A stretch of DNA of 37,822 nucleotides from Thermoanaerobaculia bacterium (GCA_035455045.1 DATIFW010000156.1:1-37822); one strand, 5' to 3'; shown: positions 10,961-19,174, counted from the first letter of the stretch. The notes: generated by a model from the sequence alone, not told the origin. Made by a program: numbers and translations.

Positions 10961-12208
10961 GTGGAGCGATTCACCGGTCTGATCGGTCTGACGGTCGTGC
11001 TCGCCGTGGCGCTCGCGCTGTCGAAGAACCGGCGGGCGATCCGCTGGCGCACCGTCGGCTGGGCATTCGCCCTCCAGATGGCCTTCGGCCTTCTCGTCCT
11101 TTACTGGGAGCGCGGCAAGCAGGCGCTGGAGTCGTTCTCCAACGGCGTTTCGCGCGCCATCGCGTTCGCCGACCAGGGCTCGGGCTTCCTCTTCGGATGG
11201 CTCGCGGGGCCGATGGAACCCCTGGGCGAGAAGACGGGCATGCCCCTCCGGGGCTTCATCTTCGCGTTCAAGGTGCTCCCGATCATCATCTTCATCTGCG
11301 CGTTCTTCTCCATCCTCTACCACTTCGGCATCATCCAGGTGATCGTGAAGGCGATGGCGTGGGGGATGCAGAAGACGATGAAGGTCTCGGGCGCCGAAGC
11401 GCTGTGCGTGGCGGCGAACGTCTTCATCGGCCAGACGGAGGCGCCCGTCCTGATCGCGCCCTACATCGCGACGATGACGACGTCCGAGCTCCTCACGATG
11501 ATGACGGGCGGCATGGCGCACGTCTCGGGCGCGGTCATGCTCGCCTACGTGACGATGGGGGCGCCGCTGAAGTACCTCATCACGGCTTCCGTGATGGCCG
11601 CCCCCGGCACGTTCCTCATCGCGAAGATCCTCTGGCCCGAGACCGAGACGCCCACCACGATGGGAACCGTGAAGATGCAGGTCGAGAAGACGAGCGCGAA
11701 CTTCATCGACGCGGCGGCGAGCGGCGCCTCGCAAGGCATGATGCTCGTCCTCAACATCTCTGCGATGCTCATCGCCTTCGTGGCGCTCATCGCGATGCTG
11801 AACGGGTTCCTCGGGTGGGTCGGAAACCTCTGGGGAAACCCGGCCTTCTCGCTCCAGACGATCTTCGGGTGGGTCCTCGGGCCGCTCGCCTGGAGCCTCG
11901 GGGCTCCGAAGCAGGACATGGCGACCGTCGGCAATCTCATCGCGAACAAGACGGTCATCAACGAGTTCTTCGCCTTCTCCATGATGAAGGACGTCGTCGG
12001 CTCGCTGTCGGAGAAGGGGAAGGTCATCGCGACCTTCGCCCTGTGCGGCTTCGCGAACTTCTCGTCGATCGGCATCCAGATCGGCGGGATCGGCGGCCTC
12101 GCGCCGTCGCGCAAGTCCGACCTCGCGCGGCTCGGCTTCCGCGCGCTCCTCGCCGGGTCGCTCGTGAGCTTCATGACGGCGGCGATCGCCGGCATCCTGA
12201 TGGGCTAA
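10961..12208 (+). CDS. nupC: NupC/CNT-family nucleoside:cation symporter
   Basis: 415 aa polytopic membrane protein with the CNT signature regions (GQTEAPVLIAPY.., GFANFSSIGIQIGGIG). GGAGG lies upstream of GTG 10961. Confidence 0.9.
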   Translation: MERFTGLIGLTVVLAVALALSKNRRAIRWRTVGWAFALQMAFGLLVLYWERGKQALESFSNGVSRAIAFADQGSGFLFGWLAGPMEPLGEKTGMPLRGFIFAFKVLPIIIFICAFFSILYHFGIIQVIVKAMAWGMQKTMKVSGAEALCVAANVFIGQTEAPVLIAPYIATMTTSELLTMMTGGMAHVSGAVMLAYVTMGAPLKYLITASVMAAPGTFLIAKILWPETETPTTMGTVKMQVEKTSANFIDAAASGASQGMMLVLNISAMLIAFVALIAMLNGFLGWVGNLWGNPAFSLQTIFGWVLGPLAWSLGAPKQDMATVGNLIANKTVINEFFAFSMMKDVVGSLSEKGKVIATFALCGFANFSSIGIQIGGIGGLAPSRKSDLARLGFRALLAGSLVSFMTAAIAGILMG

Positions 12209-12219
12209 GGAGGAACGAG

Positions 12220-13113
12220 ATGGATTCCAGGCTCTCGGCCGCCGCGGAGTGGCTGCGCGGGCGGCTGCCGCACCCGCCGCTCGTGGGCGTCATCCTGGGC
12301 TCCGGCCTCGGCGATTTCGCCGACGGCGTGGACGAGCGCGTCACGATCCCGTACGGCGACATCCCGGGCTTTCCGGCCGCGGCCGTGATCGGGCACTCGG
12401 GAACGCTCGTGGCGGGCACGGTGCGCGGCGTCCCGACCGTCGTTCTCTCGGGACGCGTCCATTTCTACGAAGGCCACCCCATGCCGGCCGTCGTCTTCCC
12501 GGCGCGCGTGCTCGGTCTCCTCGGCTGCCGGACGGTCATCGTGACGAACGCCGCGGGCGGCATCGACAAGTCCTTCAAGTCAGGCAATCTCATGCTCATC
12601 GAGGACCACATCAACCTGTTCGGCACGAATCCTCTCGTGGGTGCGAACGACGAGGATCTCGGGCCGCGATTCCCGGACATGTCGGATGCCTACCGCAGGG
12701 ACCTCCGTTCGCTCGCCCTCGCCGTCGCGAAACGGCAGCGGATCCCGTTGAAGCACGGCGTCTATGTCGGCGTCCACGGCCCCTCGTACGAGACGCCCGC
12801 CGAAATCCGGGCCTTCCGCGCCCTGGGCGCGCACGCGGTCGGAATGTCGACGGTGCCCGAAGTCATCGCGCTGAACCAGATGGGCGTCGGCGTCCTCGGC
12901 ATCTCCTGCATCACGAACATGGCCGCCGGCGTGCTGAAGCAGAAGCTCGACCACCGGGAAGTCCTCGAGACGACACAGCGCGTGAAAGGCGATTTTGTCC
13001 GCCTTCTCACTTTTCTCGTCCAGGCGCTCGGCACCGGCCGTTCGGGCGCGACGGAAGACGCGTTTCAGCCGGTCCCCCGCCCCGCCGGGAGGAAAAGGGC
13101 GAAGAAGAAATGA
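12220..13113 (+). CDS. punA: purine nucleoside phosphorylase (trimeric PNP/PunA type)
   Basis: VILGSGLG, IPGFP..GHSGTLVAG, GRVHFYEG, GPSYETPAE, GMSTVPEV. AAGGAGGA Shine-Dalgarno. The ORF listed from 11197 is read-through across nupC. Confidence 0.9.
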   Translation: MDSRLSAAAEWLRGRLPHPPLVGVILGSGLGDFADGVDERVTIPYGDIPGFPAAAVIGHSGTLVAGTVRGVPTVVLSGRVHFYEGHPMPAVVFPARVLGLLGCRTVIVTNAAGGIDKSFKSGNLMLIEDHINLFGTNPLVGANDEDLGPRFPDMSDAYRRDLRSLALAVAKRQRIPLKHGVYVGVHGPSYETPAEIRAFRALGAHAVGMSTVPEVIALNQMGVGVLGISCITNMAAGVLKQKLDHREVLETTQRVKGDFVRLLTFLVQALGTGRSGATEDAFQPVPRPAGRKRAKKK

Positions 13114-13529
13114 GCGCGGTCCGGCCCCTCACGGCTGAGGAGGAAGAGCGCCTCGTCGACGCGGCGCGCAAGGCGCGCGAGAACGCCTCGGCCCCGTACT
13201 CGCGCTTCAAGGTCGGAGCCGCGCTGCTCGCCGAGGACGGGACGATCTTCGGCGGCTGCAACGTCGAGGCGGCGTCGTACGGCCTGACCGTGTGCGGCGA
13301 GCGGACGGCCGTGTTCAAGGCGATCTCGGAGGGAGCGCGGAAGTTTCGCGCCGTCGCCGTCGTGACGGACGCCGACCCGCCCGCGTCGCCCTGCGGCGCG
13401 TGCCGGCAGGTCCTCTGGGACCAGTGCCGCGACATCGACGTCATCCTCGCGACGCCCACGCGCGTCGTGAGCCGCATGCGGCTCTCGACGCTCCTCCCTC
13501 TGGCCTTCGAGTTCGGGGGACCGAGGTGA
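13110..13529 (+). CDS. cdd: cytidine deaminase
   Basis: CGERTAVFKA (CAE-type zinc site) and PCGACRQVL. The ATG overlaps the punA stop (ATGA). Confidence 0.9.
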   Translation: MSAVRPLTAEEEERLVDAARKARENASAPYSRFKVGAALLAEDGTIFGGCNVEAASYGLTVCGERTAVFKAISEGARKFRAVAVVTDADPPASPCGACRQVLWDQCRDIDVILATPTRVVSRMRLSTLLPLAFEFGGPR

Positions 13530-13701
13530 GGAATTCCTCGGATATGCGGCGGCTGCTGATGCAGCCGCGAGGACCGAATTCCTTCTTATATGCGGCGGCT
13601 GCTGATGCAGCCGCCGATAGCTGGAAATCTTCTTCCCGAATGGCCGATGTCAAGGGCGCGCTTCGCGCGCCGCGCAGCGGTCGGAGACCCTTGACATCGG
13701 C
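13530..13701. repeat. block of palindromic units: a 27-bp direct repeat (13542-13568 and 13588-13614), each copy containing a GC hairpin, plus a 14-bp perfect inverted repeat (13643-13656 / 13688-13701) enclosing a second palindrome
   Basis: ATATGCGGCGGCTGCTGATGCAGCCGC occurs twice. The stems are GCGGCTGC-TGAT-GCAGCCGC (8 bp) and CGGCGGCTGC-TGAT-GCAGCCGCCG (10 bp). GCCGATGTCAAGGG...CCCTTGACATCGGC is the 14-bp inverted repeat. The inner palindrome is GGCGCGC-TTC-GCGCGCC. Confidence 0.75.
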
Positions 13702-15148
13702 AATTCGGGGAGTACTTCTGGCACTTCTTTTCGCGAGCGCGGCGCAGCAGGCCGCGGCTGCGCAGCCTGCGCCTTCTAAGACATCTTCCTCTTCCCGTTC
13801 ATCTCGTTCTCCTATCGATACCCTCGTGACCGCCGCGCACGTCCTGACGATGGACGGATCGGACCGCGTTTTTTCCCCCGGTGCCGTCGCCGTCAAGGGC
13901 GGCAGGATCGTCGCCGTCGGCACGCCGTCGGAGCTGTCGGCTCGTTATTCTCCTAAGCAGAAGATTTCCCGTCCCCGCTCGGCGGTGCTTCCCGGGCTCG
14001 TCAACACGCACACGCACGCCGCGATGAGCCTGTTCCGCGGCATCGCGGACGACCTCCCGCTCATGGAATGGCTGACGAAGTTCATCTTCCCGGCGGAGGC
14101 GAAGAACGTCTCGCCCGCCTTCGTGAAGGCCGGGACGACGCTCGCGTGCCTCGAGATGATCCGCGGCGGCACGACGACGTTCGCGGACATGTACTACTTC
14201 GAGTCCGACGTGGCCGAAGCCGTGAATTCGTGCGGCCTGCGCGCCATCCTGGGCGAGACCTGGCTGGACTTTCCGGTGCCGGACCACAAGGACCTCGACG
14301 AGTCGATCCAGGTGACCCGGGCGTTCCTCGAGAAGTGGAAGGGCCACCCGCGCGTCGTCGCGGCCGTCGCGCCGCACGCGCCGTACACGAACGCGAAGGA
14401 GTCCATCCAGGCCGCCAAGGCGCTCGCGGAGGAGTTCGGAGCCCCGCTCCTCATCCACCTCTCCGAGACGAAGGACGAGCAGAAGCAGATCGCGGAGAAG
14501 TACGGGACGACGCCGGCGAAGTGGCTCGACGCGATCGGTTTCCTCGGCCCGAACGTCCTCGTGGCGCACTGCGTCTGGTGCGACGCGGACGACTTCCGGC
14601 TCCTCGCCGAGCGGAAGGTCGGCGTCGCCCACAACCCCGAGTCGAACATGAAGCTCGCCTCGGGCATCCTGGACGTCGTGGGCGCGCGCAAGGCCGGCGT
14701 CGACGTGGGCCTCGGGACGGACGGCGTCGCGGGCTCGAACAACGACCACGACATGTGGGAAGCGATGGACTTCGCCGGCAAGCTGGCGAAGGTCTCGACG
14801 ATGGATCCGACGGCCCTGCCGGCGAAGACTCTCGTGCGAATGGCGACGATCGAGGGCGCTCGGGCGATGAAGATGGACGATCGCATCGGCTCGCTCGAGC
14901 CGGGCAAGCGCGCGGACCTCGTGGCGGTCGACCTTTCGGGGGCGCGCACGCAGCCCCTCTGGGACGTCTTCTCGACGCTCGTCTACGCGGTCAAGGAGAG
15001 CGACGTGTCCCTGACGATGGTCGAAGGCCGTGTCCTGTGGGACGGCCGGAGCGTACGGACCGTCGACGCGCCGAAGACCCTGCGCGAGGCGGAAGCGTGG
15101 CGGAAGAAGATCGCGGCGTCGCTCTCGACGCCCGCCGCCGCGAAATGA
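13640..15148 (+). CDS. amidohydrolase of the MtaD/ATZ-TRZ (nucleoside/nucleobase deaminase-like) family with an N-terminal signal-peptide-like extension
   Basis: VNTHTHAAMSLFRG (HxH), HLSETKDE, HCVW, GLGTDG. The start is ambiguous: ATG 13544, ATG 13640 or TTG 13691 (the last gives MTSAIRGVLLALLFASAAQQAAAAQ). The stop overlaps the deoA start (ATGA). Confidence 0.8.
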   Translation: MADVKGALRAPRSGRRPLTSAIRGVLLALLFASAAQQAAAAQPAPSKTSSSSRSSRSPIDTLVTAAHVLTMDGSDRVFSPGAVAVKGGRIVAVGTPSELSARYSPKQKISRPRSAVLPGLVNTHTHAAMSLFRGIADDLPLMEWLTKFIFPAEAKNVSPAFVKAGTTLACLEMIRGGTTTFADMYYFESDVAEAVNSCGLRAILGETWLDFPVPDHKDLDESIQVTRAFLEKWKGHPRVVAAVAPHAPYTNAKESIQAAKALAEEFGAPLLIHLSETKDEQKQIAEKYGTTPAKWLDAIGFLGPNVLVAHCVWCDADDFRLLAERKVGVAHNPESNMKLASGILDVVGARKAGVDVGLGTDGVAGSNNDHDMWEAMDFAGKLAKVSTMDPTALPAKTLVRMATIEGARAMKMDDRIGSLEPGKRADLVAVDLSGARTQPLWDVFSTLVYAVKESDVSLTMVEGRVLWDGRSVRTVDAPKTLREAEAWRKKIAASLSTPAAAK

Positions 15149-16455
15149 GCCTCTTCGTCCGCACGATCGTCAAGAAACGCGACGGAGGCGAGCTGTCGGA
15201 AGGCGAGATCGGCGCCTTCGTCACGGGGGTCACGGACGGCACGATCCCCGACGAGCAGGCGGCCGCGTTCCTGATGGCGGTCTGCTGCCGGGGAATGACG
15301 ACGGCCGAGTCGGCCGCCTTGACGTTCGCGATGATGAAGTCGGGAGAGACCTGGGATCTGACGCGGCACGGCTTCGTCGCCGACAAGCATTCGACCGGCG
15401 GCGTGGGCGACAAGACCACGCTCGTCCTCGCGCCGCTCCTCGCGGCGGTCGGCGTCAAGGCCGGCATGATGTCGGGGCGCGGCCTCGGCCACACGGGCGG
15501 CACGCTCGACAAGCTCGAGGCGATCCCCGGGTTCCGCACGGCGCTTCCGAAAGCGGATTTCGACCGCCTCCTCGACACCGTCGGGTGCGCGCTCATCGGG
15601 CAGACCGACTCGATCGCCCCGGCCGACCGCCGCCTCTACGCGCTCCGCGACGTCACCGGAACCGTCGAATCGATTCCTCTCATCGCGGCGTCGATCCTCT
15701 CCAAGAAGCTCGCGACCGGAGCGTCCGCCGTGGCGTTCGACGTGAAGACCGGAAACGGCGCCTTCATGGCCGACCCGAAGGACGCGGAGCAGCTCGGGAA
15801 GGCTCTCGTCGAGACGACGCGCGCGACGGGCCGCAAGGCCTCGGGGTACCTCACGGCCATGGATCGGCCGCTCGGCGAGGCCGTGGGGAACGCGAACGAA
15901 GTAGAGGAGTCGATCCGCATGCTCGGCGGCGAGGGGCCGGCCGACCTCCGCGAGAACACGCTTCTCCTCGCTGCAGACCTCGTCCTCGCCGCGGGTCTCG
16001 AGACGAGCGCGAAGGAGGCGCGGCGTCGGCTCAACTCCGCCCTCTCAGACGGCCGGGCCCTGGAGGTCTTCCGGAAGCTCATCGCGGCGCAAGGTGGGGA
16101 CGCGGGCGTCTGCGACGACCCGAAGCGGCTCCCGCGGCCCGTTTCGCGCAAGGACGTCCCGGCACCCGCCTCCGGAGTGGTCGCGCGCATCGCGACGAGG
16201 GAGATCGGCCTCCTCGCGATCGAGCTCGGCTGCGGGCGGGCGAAGAAAGACGACGTCATCGACCCGGCCTCCGGCTTTCGCGTGAAGAAGAAGCCGGGGG
16301 ACGCCGTGGAGAAAGGCGAGCCGCTCCTCGTCGTCGAGCTCGGCCCGACCGCGAAGCCGAACGCGACGTTCGACGACCGTCTCGCAGGCTGTTTCACGAT
16401 CGCTCCCGCCGGGACGAGGGTCGAATCGCTGCCGTTCGTCGTCGGGAGACTCTGA
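15145..16455 (+). CDS. deoA: thymidine/pyrimidine-nucleoside phosphorylase
   Basis: KHSTGGVGDKTTL and SGRGLGHTGGTLDKLEAIPGF. 436 aa. Confidence 0.9.
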   Translation: MSLFVRTIVKKRDGGELSEGEIGAFVTGVTDGTIPDEQAAAFLMAVCCRGMTTAESAALTFAMMKSGETWDLTRHGFVADKHSTGGVGDKTTLVLAPLLAAVGVKAGMMSGRGLGHTGGTLDKLEAIPGFRTALPKADFDRLLDTVGCALIGQTDSIAPADRRLYALRDVTGTVESIPLIAASILSKKLATGASAVAFDVKTGNGAFMADPKDAEQLGKALVETTRATGRKASGYLTAMDRPLGEAVGNANEVEESIRMLGGEGPADLRENTLLLAADLVLAAGLETSAKEARRRLNSALSDGRALEVFRKLIAAQGGDAGVCDDPKRLPRPVSRKDVPAPASGVVARIATREIGLLAIELGCGRAKKDDVIDPASGFRVKKKPGDAVEKGEPLLVVELGPTAKPNATFDDRLAGCFTIAPAGTRVESLPFVVGRL

Positions 16456-16550
16456 TGGACCGGGAATCCGCGCGCTCGATTCGGACGGACTCCGCCCGGC
16501 GGAACCCGGGCTACCGCGCGCCAGCCCACATCCCGCTCGCCGTCTGAGTA

Positions 16551-16566
16551 GGCTCGCAGGCGAGCC
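16551..16566. terminator. short GC hairpin (GGCTCG-CAGG-CGAGCC) between the convergent deoA and regulator genes
   Basis: Read from the sequence. Weak: 6-bp stem, no U-tract. Confidence 0.3.
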
Positions 16567-16573
16567 GTTGAAT

Positions 16574-17212
16574 CTAGGCGTGCGTCCGCGTCGAGCCGTC
16601 GGGTGAGGCGCTTGCGAAGCGGAGAAGGACGCTTCCGAGCCGGATTTCGTCGCCGTCCAAGAGAGTCACGGGTGACGTAAGACGTTCCTTGCCGTGGAAC
16701 GTCCCGTTCTTGCTGCCGAGGTCCTCGAGCGTCACGCGTTCGCCCTGGACGTCGATGCGCGCGTGCCGCCGGGAGACCGAGCCGTCGACGACGAGGACGT
16801 CCGCGGAAGCATCCCGTCCGAGGACCGTGGCTCCCTCACGCAGCCCGACCTCGCGGCCCGCCCAAAGGAGGCGGTGCCGGGCGAAAGACGGGGCAGCTTC
16901 GGCCGCGGGAACACCCTCGCCCGTGAACGCGTAGCCGAAGCCGTAGACGGTTCGGATCCACGTCGCGTGGCGAGCGTCGTCTCCGAGCGCCGCCCTCAAG
17001 TCGTTCACGAGGCTCGCGAGGTTCGACTCCGAGACGAACGTCTTCGGCCAAAGAGTATCCATGAGTTCCGACTTGGAGAGGGCGCGGGGGCGATTTGCGA
17101 GGAGCACGCCGAGGAGGTCGAAGACGCGGGGCGCGACCGGCACGCTCTCGCCGTTCCTGAGGATCTGACGAGTTTCGTCGTCGAACGTGAACTCCCCGAA
17201 GGCGGCTCGCAT
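16574..17212 (-). CDS. transcriptional regulator: N-terminal OmpR/PhoB-type winged helix + C-terminal FHA domain (no receiver domain)
   Basis: Starts at MRAAFGEFTFDDETRQILRNGESVPVAPRVFDLLGVLL..LSKSELMDTLWP..NLASLVNDLR..IRTVYGFGYAF (Trans_reg_C-like). FHA: TVLGRD...VSRRHARI...LEDLGSKNGTF. The listed ORF extends to 17359, but the paralogue aligns from Met at 17212. Confidence 0.8.
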   Translation of the reverse strand: MRAAFGEFTFDDETRQILRNGESVPVAPRVFDLLGVLLANRPRALSKSELMDTLWPKTFVSESNLASLVNDLRAALGDDARHATWIRTVYGFGYAFTGEGVPAAEAAPSFARHRLLWAGREVGLREGATVLGRDASADVLVVDGSVSRRHARIDVQGERVTLEDLGSKNGTFHGKERLTSPVTLLDGDEIRLGSVLLRFASASPDGSTRTHA

Positions 17213-17306
17213 GGCCTTTTCGTGATTATCCGCGTGACCGTGAAAACCAGAAGTTCGCCAGGAGTTCTCCAAGATCGGCGAAGAGCCGCGCCCCAACTTC
17301 CGGGGC
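17213..17306. promoter_or_regulatory. divergent promoter/operator region of regulator/HExxH pair 1
   Basis: 94-bp gap between divergent start codons. It contains GATTATC (GATAATC on the minus strand) 12 nt from the regulator ATG, and three CGTGA direct repeats (17221, 17233, 17239). Confidence 0.4.
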
Positions 17307-17780
17307 ATGGCGCGAATTCCGAAGTTTCTCCCCGCGGTGACCATCCTGGCGACGCTCACCGCGCGTGCGGATGGAGGTCTCGGAGTCGCCTTCGGCGACG
17401 CCGCAGGGATCGCGTCCCGAAAGCTCGAGGATGAGAGATGCCTGCTCGTGCTCTCCGACTTCAGCGACGCGTCGGGCCGCCCGCTCGCGGAGCGGCTTCA
17501 TGACACGGGTCTCACGGCTCGCGAGTTCTTCGAGCGGCTCGAATTTCGCAACGGCCGTCATGAGTCGACGTGCCAGCGGAGCCGTGTGGATGCGTTCGTG
17601 CACATCGGACAGCGCACGGTCTTCGTGTGCCCGGGTGGCTGCTTCGACTTCGGACGCCGGGACGTCGGCCACGCCTCGAACGTCCTCATCCACGAGATGC
17701 TCCACACGCTAGGACTGGGAGAAAACCCGCCCACGAGCCTCGGGATCACGAGCCGGGTGGCGGAGCGCTGCGGTCGGTGA
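17307..17780 (+). CDS. small secreted putative zinc metallopeptidase (HExxHxxGxxE, mini-metzincin/snapalysin-like)
   Basis: Signal peptide MARIPKFLPAVTILATLTARA. NVLIHEMLHTLGLGENPPTS motif. Four Cys conserved with the paralogue at 18650-19174. Confidence 0.65.
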   Translation: MARIPKFLPAVTILATLTARADGGLGVAFGDAAGIASRKLEDERCLLVLSDFSDASGRPLAERLHDTGLTAREFFERLEFRNGRHESTCQRSRVDAFVHIGQRTVFVCPGGCFDFGRRDVGHASNVLIHEMLHTLGLGENPPTSLGITSRVAERCGR

Positions 17781-17830
17781 CGCGGTAAACGGTTCGCGTC
17801 CGACCCGTTGTCGCCGAGTCTTCGAGGAAG

Positions 17831-18475
17831 TCAGGGTACCGTTCGCGTCGAGACGGTTCCCGACGCGGCGTGAAAGACGAGCTCCACGGACCCGACGCGA
17901 AGCTCGTCGCCGTCGCGCAGCGGGACGCGGCCTTCGATTCGATCCATGCCTGAGTACGTTCCGTTCTTGCTCCCGAGGTCCTCCAGCTCGGCGGTCTCGC
18001 CCTTGACGAGGATGCGCGCGTGGCGACGTGAGACGGAGGGGTCTCCGAGCCAGATGTCGACTTCCGGATCCCGGCCCAGGACGTTTTCGCCCTCCGAAAG
18101 ATAGAGGACGTTCAGGCCCCAGACGAGCCAGAGGCGGACTCCCGAGCGGCCCCGGTCAGGTGCTCGCTCGGCGACGACGTCCGCCGCAAAGGAATAGCCG
18201 AAGCCGTGGTGGGTCTTGAGGAACGCCGGGTGCTTCGCGTCGTCTCCGATGGCCGACCGAACGTCGTTCACGAGGCTCGTCAGATTCGACTCCGTGACGA
18301 GCACGTCCGGCCAGATGGCGGCGATGAGCTCCTCGCGGGAAAGCGCTCGCGGACGCTCCTTCAAAAGCAGTTCGAGGAGGTCGAACGCCTTGGGCGTGAG
18401 GTGGACCGGGTCGGGCCCGCGCAGAAGCAACCGAGAATCCGGGTCGAAGGTCACCTCGGCGAATCGGAAACGCAT
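17831..18475 (-). CDS. transcriptional regulator: OmpR/PhoB-type winged helix + FHA domain (paralogue of 16574-17212)
   Basis: MRFRFAEVTFDPDSRLLLRG..PKAFDLLELLL..LSREELIAAIWP..NLTSLVNDVR..HGFGYSF. FHA: NVLGRD..VSRRHARI..LEDLGSKNGTY. Roughly half the residues are identical to the first regulator by eye. Confidence 0.85.
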   Translation of the reverse strand: MRFRFAEVTFDPDSRLLLRGPDPVHLTPKAFDLLELLLKERPRALSREELIAAIWPDVLVTESNLTSLVNDVRSAIGDDAKHPAFLKTHHGFGYSFAADVVAERAPDRGRSGVRLWLVWGLNVLYLSEGENVLGRDPEVDIWLGDPSVSRRHARILVKGETAELEDLGSKNGTYSGMDRIEGRVPLRDGDELRVGSVELVFHAASGTVSTRTVP

Positions 18476-18649
18476 GGATCGTCCCGATTATCAGGGAATC
18501 CGGAGCTCAAACGCCGAGGCGTGACCTCCCCTGATCAGAGTGACGCGGGAATTCCGTCTGTAACTCCCGAAGGCAGATTTTTTCCATGAATCCGCGAGGA
18601 CTCGGCGGGGCGGCGGACGCCACCTTCCTGACACCAGGGAGGGCACAAC
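18476..18649. promoter_or_regulatory. divergent promoter/operator region of regulator/HExxH pair 2
   Basis: 174-bp gap. GATTATC lies 11 nt from the regulator ATG, the same position as in pair 1. Also GTGAC repeats at 18521 and 18540, and AGGGAGGG Shine-Dalgarno before ATG 18650. Confidence 0.4.
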
Positions 18650-19174
18650 ATGACCGCCGGACGGGCCGTCCGCCTAGCGTTAGCTGCCTCTTGCTCGCTT
18701 CTGGCGCTTCCGACTCCCTCCACTTTCGCGGATCCCGACCGGCCGCTTCACGTGCGTCCCTCGGGCGGGCCGCTGGAGACGTACGTCTCCGGCGCCGCCC
18801 GGAACGCGATCACGAAGCTGGAAAGACCGCAGTGCCTCGCGGTGCTCTCCGATTTCCGCGACGGACAGGGCCGTCTCCTGAAGGAGAACCTCGAGTCCCG
18901 CCGGATGACCGCACCCGAGTTCTTCGTGAAGCTGACGTTCGTGGACGGAAGCCGCGTGGCGCTCTGCGGGCGCCCGGAGGTGGCCGCCGGCACGAACCCG
19001 GGACAATCCGTGATCGCCGTGTGCCCGGAGACGTTCGCTCGCGTCAGCCGAAAGGAGCCCGGCATCGCCGCCAACGTCCTCATCCACGAGATGCTTCACG
19101 CCCTGGGGCTCGGCGAGGATCCGCCGACGAGCGAGGAGATCAACCGGCAGGTCGGGAAACGCTGCGGCTTCTGA
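18650..19174 (+). CDS. small secreted putative zinc metallopeptidase (HExxHxxGxxE), paralogue of 17307-17780
   Basis: Signal peptide MTAGRAVRLALAASCSLLALP. NVLIHEMLHALGLGEDPPTS. Conserved blocks C(L)xVLSDF, VCP and RCG. The overlapping ORF 18586-19224 in another frame is Arg/Pro-rich noise. Confidence 0.7.
   Translation: MTAGRAVRLALAASCSLLALPTPSTFADPDRPLHVRPSGGPLETYVSGAARNAITKLERPQCLAVLSDFRDGQGRLLKENLESRRMTAPEFFVKLTFVDGSRVALCGRPEVAAGTNPGQSVIAVCPETFARVSRKEPGIAANVLIHEMLHALGLGEDPPTSEEINRQVGKRCGF

Noticed and set aside
16455-16547. 30-codon ORF (MDRESARSIRTDSARRNPGYRAPAHIPLAV) overlapping the deoA stop
   Set aside because: It is the tail of an out-of-frame GC shadow ORF (15030-16547), is Arg-rich, and has no Shine-Dalgarno or recognisable feature. 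Treated as non-coding.
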